Part shown: one piece after another, positions 26,754-38,800 of the stretch
Numbering within the stretch: the first letter of the stretch is position 1
How the letters are laid out: every line of letters starts with the position of its first letter
NCBI GenBank assembly: GCA_013265495.1
Contig: MU058584.1
Span: 7,778,407-7,842,406 of the forward strand
Source of the DNA: Vicugna vicugna
Lineage: Eukaryota
DNA: 64,000 bases
Direction of reading: 5' to 3'
Notes under the pieces: model-generated
What the model was told of the DNA's origin: nothing
The model's database searches: none
Seen by the model: only the letters and a program-made list of their open reading frames with translations
Program-made: the position numbers and the translations under genes

Positions 26754-26795
26754 ATGTGCCGCCTTCTGGTCGGGGGAAGAAGGAGGAGAAGATGA
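26754..26795 (+). other. Candidate uORF2, 13 aa ([13 protein letters not shown]), stop overlapping the SUCO ATG
   Basis: aggATGt (A at -3); its TGA at 26793-26795 lies within ATGA. Confidence 0.65.
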
Positions 26796-26853
26796 AGAAG
26801 TACCGGCGGGCCTTGGCCCTGGTCTCCTGCCTCTCTCTGTGCTCCCTGGTCTG
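26792..26853 (+). CDS. SUCO: SUCO coding exon 1 (signal peptide [21 protein letters not shown])
   Basis: ATG in aagATGa context (A at -3); basic n-region then hydrophobic h-region; donor TG|GTGAGT, phase 2. Confidence 0.95.
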
Positions 26854-29800
26854 GTGAGTAGCTGCGACAACAAGGGAGTTCCCCGTGGGGGGAGAAGGGG
26901 ACAGGGAGCGGCCCAGGTCACACCCCCAAATCGTCTTGGCTTTTTGGGGTGCGGGTCCCCAAGGGCCTCCGCGGCTCTCCGGTGGGCTGGCCTGGCAACA
27001 CTCTGCAGAGGCTTTCCTGGTGTATTTTGGGATTTACAGAGACTCAGTGGGAGAGAAAGGTGCTTGGGTGTCTTTTTACTCAGTTTCCCTGGAAATGGCC
27101 CTTGGAGATGGTGGAGTGTTTGGGTAGTGTTCACATAGATGCTGGGTAAGTTACTCGTGCTTACCACCAGCCACTTGCTTTCAAGATGTGGTAAGGGCAT
27201 AAATCATGTCGGAGGAGGTTTGTTCCGACATGCGATTTTTAAAACGTGACTTGTCGTGAGGGTGAGTAATCTACAAGCAGTAGTTGTCCTGGCCCTTCCT
27301 CTCGTGGTCTTTGGCCTCGGGTGCACTTGAGGTTGCTGTTCTTGGAAACTTTCGGGGGCGTTATGAAGCACTTTTTCAGGGGGCAGATGATGGGAAGCTG
27401 TTGGCTTAGTAGAGAGTGTCTTAGGTGTGTATACGGTGGTTTCTGGTAGTGTGGCTTGGGTAATGACCCTTAGTAATGGAAGGATAAGCCCTGTATTTTG
27501 AAGGCGGGAGAAGTACTTTGTCTATAAAGTTTATAAAGTTTCTGCTAATCCCTGGCACATTTGGGTTTTTTTGGAGAAGCAGAGACAGCTTGTCAGTCAA
27601 AGGATCTCTATCATTATATTTGGAAAATCCATTCCCCCTCCGAAGGAATTTCTTGAGAGATGTTTAACATTTGCTGTCTGAAAAGGTGCTTCTGTCTGTT
27701 ACGTTAAAATCTGACTAAACTATGTTTCTTTTTGAGCTTATTTCTACAAAGCACCAACAGTTTTTTCATTTATGTGGGTGCCTAATAGAGTCTAAAGACA
27801 CTGAAGTTTTAGAGTTGTTCTCACATAAAATAATACATAAATAAGAGGGAAACAAAACACCTGACTGAAGAATTTTGGTTGGTAGGTTGCTAGATGTTTT
27901 AGAGAACAAGAAATTTGGCCTTGTTGTCTTTCATTCCCAATCCTTTAATAACACCAATGTCACTTCACCTTCCACTTTTTAGTATCATGTTGGGTACCAA
28001 GAAGTGCATGTAGGGGATGAGTCCATTCACCTCATTCTAAATCTAAATTTGTGCATAAGATACCAAAACCTTCTATTCATCTACACTTCTTTCTGGGGGC
28101 TGTTTAGTTGTTTGTAGATTATGTATTTTTCTTTCTTCTTGATCTTGCCCATCTTTATACCATGTTCTTCATCACTTTCTGAAATGGTTGATAGGGCAAA
28201 GAGGTTACACTTTTCATTCAAATTTAAAACACATTAGGATCTCTGACTTTTTTAAATTTTAATCTCTGACTTTTTTTTTAATAATGTGTAACTTTCAGGT
28301 GTACAACATGTTGATTTGATACACTTATATATTGGAATATGATTACCATTGTAGCAATAGTTAGCACCTGTTACGACATCACATAATCATGATTTCTTTT
28401 TGTGATGAGAATAATTAATCTAGTCTCTTAGCAAGTTTGGTGATTATCATACAGTATTGTTGTCTGTACTCACTATACTGTGATCTCCAGGACTAATAGA
28501 TCTTACAACTTGCAAGTTTGTGTTGCCCTTACACATAATTAAAAAGAAGATTAATTGGTTGGAGGCAGTGAAAGCAAATTGTTAGTGTGGTTCTTAAAAT
28601 CATTTGTGGATTTAAATTAACCATGCTTCTATTTGTCTAATTTCTGGCTGTCTTTTGTTTAACTAAAGTTTTTTGAACTTCCACAGTGAAAAATTAATAT
28701 TGAGGGGTTTAAGTAAATAGTGACAGGTTCAAGAAACTCTTTTAAGAAACAATTGGGTTAGTCTATTTTAAGATTTGTTTGCATTGCCAAATTTAAAGAC
28801 ATTTAAATTATTCTTTACCAAAGTCATTGAAAGTTATTAAAATAGGATATTAAAACTTGAGAATTTTTTGGAAGGGTAATTCGGAGATCAGGGAAGATGA
28901 GTGGTGAGTGGTGGTGATTGGCAAAGGGTATGTTGTGTCTTTTGAGACTCTTCCTTGGGAAATTGGAATAATGAAATTACATCACTGACTCAACTGGAGG
29001 TCTAACTCTTGCTGCAGTCTGGTCTGTTAGGTCATTTCTCAGCATCTCCATTCTCCCCTAAAGCCTGAAGCCTTTGCAGGGTTAGACAAGTTTTGCAGAA
29101 AAGTTGGTAAACTTCTCTTAGTAGTCATTTTTGTCTTTGTCATTCATAAATTGTTCCAGAATTTTGTGATCTATTTCTTTTTTAAGCTGTACCTTTTGTA
29201 GATTTATGAGTGCCATATGTTTATGCTACTCTAGTTTCTGAATTTCCAATCCCCCTCATCCTATCAATATTACTGAATTTTGTAGTCACCTTATTTATAC
29301 TGTCACACTTTTAGATCTTGATTATGTCTCCCTTTTCTTTTTGTTGTTTCAGCCTGGAGTCCTAACCTTAGATTACTTTCACAAAAGACCCATTCTATCC
29401 ATTCTGGTTGCTTTTTTTCCCTTTTGCATACTTATATGATTCTTTATCAAATAGTACAGAGTATTTTAGGCATGAATGTACTATGGCTGCAGCAAAAATA
29501 ATTAGGATAGCTGTTATTTATTGTCAGCTATCTCTTTGTCAAGCCTGTGGTGTGCACTTTGCACATTTTAGCACCTTTAATCTTTACACCAACCCTGTGA
29601 GTATTATTGTTAATATAATTTTGCGTCTTACAGTTGAGTAAGTAGAGAAGTTAAGTAACTTGGCTAAGGTTAAACAGCTGCTACGTTTTGGAGCTTGGGC
29701 TTGAACCTCCGAAGCCTGATACATAGGATCCTGACTGCTGTAATCCTTTATAGGTCAGAAAGCCTGTGTTGTAGATAATGGCTCTGTTGTTTACCAGATT

Positions 29801-32800
29801 CTCCTTCCTTGGGCAAGTTTTGTAAGTTCTTTGAATCTTCTTATATCCTGAAAGTGGGAAGACTAATTCATTCACACCTCACAGGTTTGTTAGGAAGATA
29901 ATATGAGAAAATAGGTGTGACAGATCTTTGAAAAATAGTAAGGGTACGTTATCTGTATATTTCATCATAAAATCATTCAACAAAGATTTTTATTTCTCAT
30001 GCTCATTATGTACCGGATGTTGTTATGCACATTGAAAACCTAAAAATAGAGTCACCAGCTTATCTTGCTTTTAGCAGTGAAAGTCCCACATCCCAGGAAT
30101 GCCCTGTATTAGTTTCCTATTGCTGCTGTAACAAGTTACCAAAAATTTAGTGGCTTAAAACAACACATATTTAATATCTTGCGGTTCTGGGGATCAGAAG
30201 TACAGAGTAAGTCTTGACTGGGCTAAAGTCAAGGTGTCAGCAGCCTGGTTCCTTCTTGGGACTCTCAGGGGAGAAATCTGCTTCTTGACTTTGTCACCTT
30301 CTAGGGGCTTCCTGCATTCTGTGACTCTTCCCTTGTATGGTTCCAGCCTCTTGCTTCAGTCCTCACATCTACTAATGATGTTTCTGCCTCCTTTTACAAG
30401 GACTTTTGTGATTACATTGGGCCCACCCAGACAATCCAGGATTATCTCATCTCGGAATCCTTACTTTAGTTATATCTGCAAATACTTATTTTTCCATTTA
30501 AGGTTACGTGTTCAAGGATTAGGACTAAGACATCTTGGAGGGCAGTTATGCAGTTTAACATATACCCTTTGGTCCTGGCAAACTAGGATGACTGATCATC
30601 ACCCTTAAGAGAAAAAAAAGAGACTTGGACAGTGCTTTACACAGTGGATACTCAAAAATGTTTGTGTTTCCCTCATCAGAAAAACATTGTGCATGCACCT
30701 TTAATATGTGATCATTGTTTGCAAGATTTATACGTATGCCAGTATGGTATTAGTATACTAATGATATATTAAAATGCATAATAAATTACACAAATTAGAT
30801 ATTAAGAAAGATGAAGAAAATAAACAATCTCATACTTTCCATTAACATTACCTTTTTGTTCTTATTTTTAAAGTTCTAATTTTTGGTGAGAGGTGTGTGA
30901 TTGACTGACTAGATTATTTTACATCATGATGTGGATGAATAATGCTATTACTTGTTAAGAGTTCCAGCCCTGCCATTTTCTCGTTGGCTTGTGCTTGCAT
31001 ATTTATTATCTTTGCAGGAGTTCTTTCAAACCTTTTTCTTCATGTTGTGAGAGTCAGTTTAGTTAAAACTAAATAATATAATCGCCGAATCTACTTAATT
31101 GGGCACATGTAAACTGCAGTGCATCCCAGTGTGCTAGAAGTAAACCCCACTGTTTGTGGAACTTCCACTCTTTCCTCCTGTTTCTGACTTTATAGCCCCT
31201 GCTGTTAATTGATTTGTGACTAGCCGATCTTCAGATCAAGTGTGAATCCTTATGTTAATCTTAGTAAAGCTAAATTAATTAAAAAAAATACTCTTCGCCC
31301 CCACACATGCATAGCCTCCATTGTCAACATCCCTCACCAGAGTGGTTTATTTTTTAAGACCCAAAAATTTTTTTCTTCCTACACCCAAAAGGATCATCTT
31401 GAAGAAGTTCATACTTAGAGCTGATGAGAAGAGCTTGCCATTTAAATAATTCTCATACATTTGACAAATATAATAGTTACAAAAAATAGCTTGAAAGTTC
31501 TTTAGGAACACTAAGGGAAGAATTTGTATTCTAGGTATGGTCTATCGCTAACTCTGTCCTTGGACAAGTTATTTCCATGAGCCTCAGTGCTTATCCATAA
31601 AATGGTTTGCAGAATGAGTAATTCAGGATGGGGGAAATTTATTTCAGGCGGAGGGAAGATTCCTGTTGGTTTATCTGGGGACAGATGGAAAGAGAGGCTA
31701 GAGCCAGGTTTTAAAGGGATTTGATCATTATGCAGATGAGCTCTGATTTTAACCTGACTGAGAGAATGAGCCAGTGAAGTAGTTTTAAACAGCAGTACAG
31801 GAGAGTCAGGTCAGATTGATTAATTAGGTCACTATGGGGATAGAGTGGCTTGGAAGGGACAGATTTTGGAGGCTGGGGCCCTAAAGTGACGATCACTCTA
31901 GGAGAGGGTTTTAGGTATGTAAATCAAGGTGCTCTGTTTTGTAAATGGCGTTTTTGGCCTTAGTAGTAATTTTTGTGAGTATGTGACTGAGTTTTGATTG
32001 ACCTAAGAGATTTATTTCCTGGTTTGTAATTTTATCTGTGTACCTTTTATTTTGTTTTTTTCTCTGATAGTTTTGCTGGTTTCTGGCTCATTTGTTAATA
32101 TGCATAAGTGAACAGAAAAATAAGAAACTAGAATTTTTTTTTGTTTGTATCTTCATAAGCAGTATTTTAAAAAAATGTTTAAGATAATGATTACAAGTAT
32201 CCTTGAAAATCCCAACTTTATCTTTCATCTGGAGATTTTTTTCTGTAGTTTGTTTCTGTAACTTTTTAAAGTCTCTAAATCTATTTCTTTTCTGATTAAA
32301 ATCATAAATACTCAAAATAGACAAAATAATAAAGTAACCCCCTCCTCCAAATCATTTGATGATGTTAAAAAAAAAAGCCTGTCTTGTCCTGGGAGGTAAT
32401 GTTCAACATGGTGACTATACGTAATAATATTGTGTATTTGAAAATTGCTAAGAGAGTAGATCTTAAAAGTTATCACAAGAAAAAAAGCTTGTACTCTTTG
32501 TGATTATGGATGTTAATCAAACTTTCATGATCATATCACAATAAATAAAAATATTGAATCATATTGTACGAGACTAATACAATGTTGTATGTCAGTAGGA
32601 AAAAATAAAGTAGCATTTCTTATAGAATTTTATGTGAAAAACTTTGGGAAGAAAAGTTTATTTTTGCACTGGGATATACGTTCCAAAAAAAGTATCTGGT
32701 ACTTATAAGAGGTGTTGGGTTGTTAAAAACAGTGTCAGATCCTTTCAGACAAGTTGGATGAAGCCAGATTGCTTAAATAGGAAAAAGTCTATGAAAGAAG

Positions 32801-35800
32801 GTGTACGATGTCTTTGTGTAAAACTTAAGCACTGTGTCCAATAAAAAATGATGAATAATTTATTTATAATATCTTCTGGAATTATTTTTTAAAGAGCTGG
32901 ATGTGTTTCATAATAACCTCTTTAGATTATTAAACATTGGAGGATGTGCTGGAATGAATGCAAGTAGTAGAGTTGGCACACAAGGGAAAAAAACAAAAGA
33001 TGCCAGCACTAACTTACCTTTGGGCAATGGTTTTTCAACTGTTCATGAACTCCTAAAGTATTCCTTCACTTTTCTCAATAATCTGAGTAGAGAAATGGAT
33101 CAATATGTATAGCTAATATCTAGTGCTTTGTAATGAAAGGAAAGAGAAATTTATTAAAAATTTAAGTGCTTTATTGTTCTCTCAAGCCATCTTAAATAGA
33201 AACACTTATATGTTTGAAATACTTTTGTTTGGTAGTTTATACATAACTGGGAAAAACCAAAATAACCTTTGTTTGAAACATAATATGTACATGTTGCAGA
33301 TTGTACTTCAGTGCCAGGTGTATGTTATCTGTTTTGTTTTCAAGGCCATATTTTAAAATATTTTCAAAAAGAAAAATTGTACATGTCTCAAGGGAACAGA
33401 AATTGCTTTTGAGTATTTCCAATTTAAGAATGTTAATCCCTTGGGATGAACTTGTTTCATAAATACAGATTTTTTTTTCATTTTTCAGTTGTATTAGGTA
33501 GAATTGTTTGACTGCACATATACAATATATTGCATGTAATTGCATATACACAATATTCTGCACTTTTTTATATTTACGTGTATGTAAATATATGTTTCTG
33601 AGAACTTTTAGAGCTTTAGCTTTTTAAACTTACATAGTTACCAAAGGAATAAAGCCAATCACAAAATAAAAATTAATTTAAAAAGAGACATAGACCTCAC
33701 TATTAAGAGCAACATTATTTATAATTGCCAAAATATGGAAGCATCCTAAGTGCACATCAATAGATAAATGGATAAAGTAGATGCAGCATATATATGTGAT
33801 GGAATACAACTCACTCATAAGAAAGATATTTTGCCATTTGCGGCCCTTCGTTCACTTTTTTTTTTTCACTTCAAAAAACCAGAATTTTATAACTGATATA
33901 AACATTTCCATTGCATCAAAAAGAACAAAATACCCAGAAATAAATTTAACCAAGGAGGTTACCTATACTCTGAAAACTGTAAAACATTGATGAGGGAAAT
34001 TGAAGATGATACAAAGAAATGGAAAGCTATCTTGTGCTCCTGGATTGGAAGAATCAACATTATCAAAATGGCCGTACTACCCAAAACAATCTATAGATCC
34101 AACACAACCCCTGTCAAAATATTCACTATATTCTTCACAGAATTAGAACAAACAATTTCAAAATTTATATGGGACCCTAAAAGACCCCAAACTGCTAAAG
34201 CAGTCTTTTGTAAGTTTTTTTCCCCCCTCTTCTTTTTGTTGTCTTTTCTTATGGTTTGATGACTAGAGAAGTTCCTTTAACATTTGTTGTAAAGTTGGTT
34301 TGGTGGTGCTGAAATCTTTTAGCTTTTGTTTATTTGTGAAGCTTTTGATTTTTCCAGCAAATCTGAGCTAGAGTCTTGCTGAATAGAGTATTCTTGGTTG
34401 TAAGTTTTTCCCTTTCATCACTTTAAATATATCATGTCACTCCCTTCCGGCCTGTAGAGTTCCTGCTGAAAAATCAGCTGATAACCTTATGGGAGTCCCT
34501 TTGTATGTTATTTGTTGCTTTTCTCTTGCTAATTTTAATATTTTATCCTTATCTTAATTTTTGTCAATTTGATTACTATATGCCTCGATGTGTTCCTCTT
34601 TGGTTGATCTCTGTGCTTCTTGGACTTGGGTGACTTTTTCCTTTCCCAAGTTGGGGAAGTTTTTGGTTATTCTCTCTCCAAAAACTTTCTCAAGTCCTTT
34701 CTCTCTTCTTTTTCTGGGAGCCTGAGTTTTCTTAAAGGATCCTCATTTCTTTTCATTCTTTTTTTCTTTTTTCTGTTCTGCAGTAGTGATTTCCACTAAT
34801 CTGTTTTCTAGCTAATTGATCTATTCTTCTGTCTCATGTAGTCTATTCTTTGTTCTTAAGGTGTGTTATTCATTTCAGTGATTTTATTCAACTCTGAGTG
34901 TTCTTCATATTTTCCAACTCTTTGCTAGAAACTTCACTCTGTGCATCTATACTCCTCTTGAGTTCTCTGAAATCTTTTCCATCATCACTTTAAACTCTTT
35001 CTCAGATAAATTGCCTATCTCCTCATCACTTATTTCTTCTTCTGGGATTTTATATTGTGCCTTGGCCTGGGAGATATTCCTCTGCCGCCTCATATTGTCT
35101 GTCTTTCTATTTGTATTTTTAGGTAAGTTAGTGCCTCATATTGCCTGTCTTTGTATTTGTATCTTTAGGTAAGTTAAGTGTTTCTCAACCTTGGAGTGGT
35201 GGCCCTCTGTGGGAGAGGTCCTATGTGTCCCAGCAGTACACTCCTCTCTTGTACACAAGGGCCAGGGTCCTAATGTAGAGTCTGCCCTGTGCTTATGGAT
35301 TCCTTCCACAAGCTTTGGGGTTGTTGTTTTCTTATTTCTGATGTCTGCCCCAGGTAGGTGAGTCTGGTTTCCTGGCAGGAGGTGCCTGCCCACTACTGGG
35401 TGAAACATGGTCCTGGACCTCTGGTGGGTAGGGCTGTGTCTAGAGATGTTTGTGGCTTATGAATTCTGCTGATAGGTTGGGCTGTGTTCCCATCCAGTAT
35501 GTTGTTTGGCCTGAGGCTTCCTTGTAGGCTGTTGGGTAGAGCTAGGTCTTGGTGCTAATGATCCTATCAAGATGTCAGCCTCCATGAAAGCTCATGTAGA
35601 TGAACACAGCCGGAATGTTCGCCACCAGCTTTTATGCTCCCTGGGTGAGCTGTAGCTATCCCCTACATCCCCAGGAGACCTTCCAAAACCAGCAGGCAGG
35701 TCTGGCCCAGGTTCCCATGAAATCACTGCCTCTGCCCTTGGACCTGGTGCACTCAAGATTCTGTGTACACTTCCCAAGAGAATGAAGTCTCTGTTTCCTT

Positions 35801-38800
35801 CAGTCCCGTGGGGCTCCTGGAGCCAAGCCCTGCTGGCCTTCAAAACCAAATGTTCTGGGGCCTCCTTCTCCTCCCAAATGCCAGAACCCCGGGCTGGGGA
35901 GCCTGATATGGGGCTTAGAACTCTCACTCCTTTGGGAAGGCCTCTGTAACTTAATTATCCTTCAGCTTGTGGGTCACCCACCGACAGGGTATGGAGCCCT
36001 AATTATATGAGCGCCCCCTACTGTTCCTCTGTGGTTCCCTCTTTATGTTTCCAGTTGAAGAAGATCTTTTTGCTACATTCCAGTCTTTCTCAATGGTTAT
36101 TTAGCAGACAGTTGTGGTTTTGTTGTAGTCGCGAGGAGTGGTGAGCTCGTGGTCCTACCACCGTGCCATCTTGACCAGAAATCTCACAAATGTATCTTCT
36201 CCCCCAGCCCTTCCACCCTCTCCCCATCGAAATGCTTCAAATCTCATCTACAGATTTTTTTTGAAAGAAAGTTTAATTTTTATTTTAGGACTTTGTTTTT
36301 GTAATGAATCAGTAGATAAAGTTATTTTATATTTTATGTAAAAGATGTAAAAGTAACACCTAGCTTTGTTAGAATATGTTTCGTAGCATTAACATGGCTC
36401 ATAAGTACTAACCTCAGTTTGTATTTCTTGTTATGAAGTATTTGAAATCGATAACAGGAGAACACATGTAAAGTGTTTAAAACAATGCTTTGTGCATAGT
36501 AAGCTCTCTTACAGAAGTTCTTGTTACCCGTTCATTATGGGTACTTTGGTAGAAGTTGGATTCTAGGCTGAGGTATCAGAATTCAGAAATTGGAATCTAT
36601 ACGTTTGTTCAAAATATTATTTGGCTACAAACAATGTATTTGGTGTGGTGGGGATTGCTGAAGCAGCAGGAGACTTGAGTTCTGCCCTCAGGAGTATAGA
36701 AGCTGTTTGTCAAAATACAGATAAGTACTAGTGTAGCGGAAAGGGCATAAAACTAAGGTAGAGCTTGATAGTAATGCTTTCTTTTCAATATTAACAGTGA
36801 ACGGTTATTGGGCGTTCTTTCTATTCTAAGTGCTTTATGTACACTTTTTTATCCTCATTAAACTCTTTTGATATAGATACCATATTAAAGATGAAGAAAG
36901 TCACAAAGAAGTTAACCATCTTGCCTAAGGTCTCAGTAAGCAGTGAGCCAGAATTTTAAGTAGGCTGAGTCTGAGCCTGTAGTCTTGACCACAACCCTAA
37001 CCCTATGCTGCTTGTAGGCTGGTAAATGGGCTTAGGCAAGTTTCTCTTCCTTTTCTTTGTGTCAATTTTCGTATCTAAAAATAGGGCTGACTTGACTGGC
37101 TCAACAAGGAATGAATATTAGAATTATTCTGAAGCTTTAAAAAAAATACATACCTAGGGCTCTTACATTGAAGACTCTGAGTAAGTTTGGGATATTCTCT
37201 TGTTCAATACAGTCACTACTACCAAATAAAATGAATTCTGAGAGGTTTTTTTTGTACTAACATTCTAAGATATCTGATTTGAACATTAGTGAATAATATG
37301 AAAAGCTGAATTGTTTAGTAGGTGCTTAAAGAAGGGAAAAACTGGATTGGAGTTGTCAGGGAAGACTTGGGCTTAAGAGAAATGACGAATGGTCCACAGA
37401 CTTTGCTTCTATGGAATACAGGTGCTTCATGAACTGAAATAAGGTATACTGGTGCTGTTAATATGAATAATGGCCTTTTCCTAGTTTGTGTGTATGTGCG
37501 TGTGCACGCGCGCGTGTGTGTGTATGTGTGTGTTTGCGTATCTGCCTGCCTGTAGTGGGCAGATAGTATTTAATTGTCAAAGAGAATGAGCTATGAGTAA
37601 AAGAAAGCGTTATGAGTAAAAGAGACAATGTACTTGATATGGGTGAGAGTGATAGCAAGCAGACAAGCTTGAGGAGAAAATAAAAGCTGAAGTTGGCCCT
37701 GAGTGTCTGTGGGGGCTTGATTTCAGGACCCCCGAGCAGGCACTTATGTGAAGTGGCGTAGTACACTCAACCCTCCATATGCTTGAATGTGGAACCTGTG
37801 GATAAAGAGGGCTGACTTTATTTTGGAGATTGTGATGGGTTTTGCAAACTGAACAGGGAGTTAGCCAGTAAGAATCCAGCAAGAGAAGTGGTATTTGGAG
37901 AATGTTATTTTGACATCATTGTGCTAGCTACATCTCAGAGGAGAAAGACTGCAGGGAAAAATACTAAATAAAAAGCAATTGGAGTAATGCAGCTTGTCAT
38001 AACAAGGGCTGAACTTGGTGGTAAAAATGAAGAGGGTGCAGAGAGCAGAGATTCTAAGAAGGAAATGATCTGATTTGGTGATAGGTTGGCAAGCTGGTAA
38101 TACAATATGGCACAAATAGCATTGGATTCAAAAGCACTAGTTTTTAGTTTGCCTCTAACTAGCTGTTGGTCTTCAGCACCACCTTTATGTCATCCATCTC
38201 AATGTCAAGAGGTGTTTACTAAGTCTTCTGTGTGCTGTGTTCTGTGCAGGACTCTGGTGGACAAAACAGACGAAATAGCTGCTTTCCTGGAGCCTACTGT
38301 GGTTGAGAGAGTAAATTCTAGGGTTTAAAATTATGAATCTGAAATAAAATTCAAGGAAAGAAGAAAAGTTAATTTTATTTTTAACTTGGGCAACCAGAAG
38401 AACTGGAGGTATTAGAAAAGAACTGGAAGAGTTACAAAGGATTTGAAAGCAGAAAGAGCTGTTGGTTGAGGTGCGTAGACTGTCCTAGTGGAGACATTTT
38501 ATGGGTACTTAAAAATGCAGACTTCAGTACAGATAAGATTTGGGCTAGAGTTGTTCTCATAGTAGGGATCATTTCTGGAACAGAACATTTGATTGAACAT
38601 GGAGCTTCTGTAGATACTTAGAGCAAAGAAAGGTGCCAAGCAAAGTAAAGCTCTATGGGGAAGGAGAAAACTAGTTTGAAGTGAAAGGTGAAGAGTTTTA
38701 AGGAGGTCATTTGAGTGGTCAGCCATATAAAAGCCTCAACCTGAAAAGCTTGAAAATTGAGAAAAGGACTTAACTTTCAAAAGAGAGAGGTGATTGATAA

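Larger units (their letters stand above)
25530..27000. promoter_or_regulatory. CpG island / SUCO promoter and 5'UTR
   Basis: Abrupt rise in GC and CpG density against a CpG-depleted background; GC boxes (GGGGCGGG about 26143, GGGGCGTGGC about 26310); several CCAAT/ATTGG boxes; surrounds coding exon 1. Confidence 0.92.

Noticed and set aside
28239..28276. 15-bp direct repeat ATCTCTGACTTTTTT (similar 13-bp repeat at 37592-37623)
   Set aside because: Two-copy slippage or insertion-associated microduplications, not an array.
33987..34259. 90-aa ORF with reverse-transcriptase-protein similarity (also 60131-60513)
   Set aside because: Short, frameshifted L1 ORF2 remnants, not host genes.
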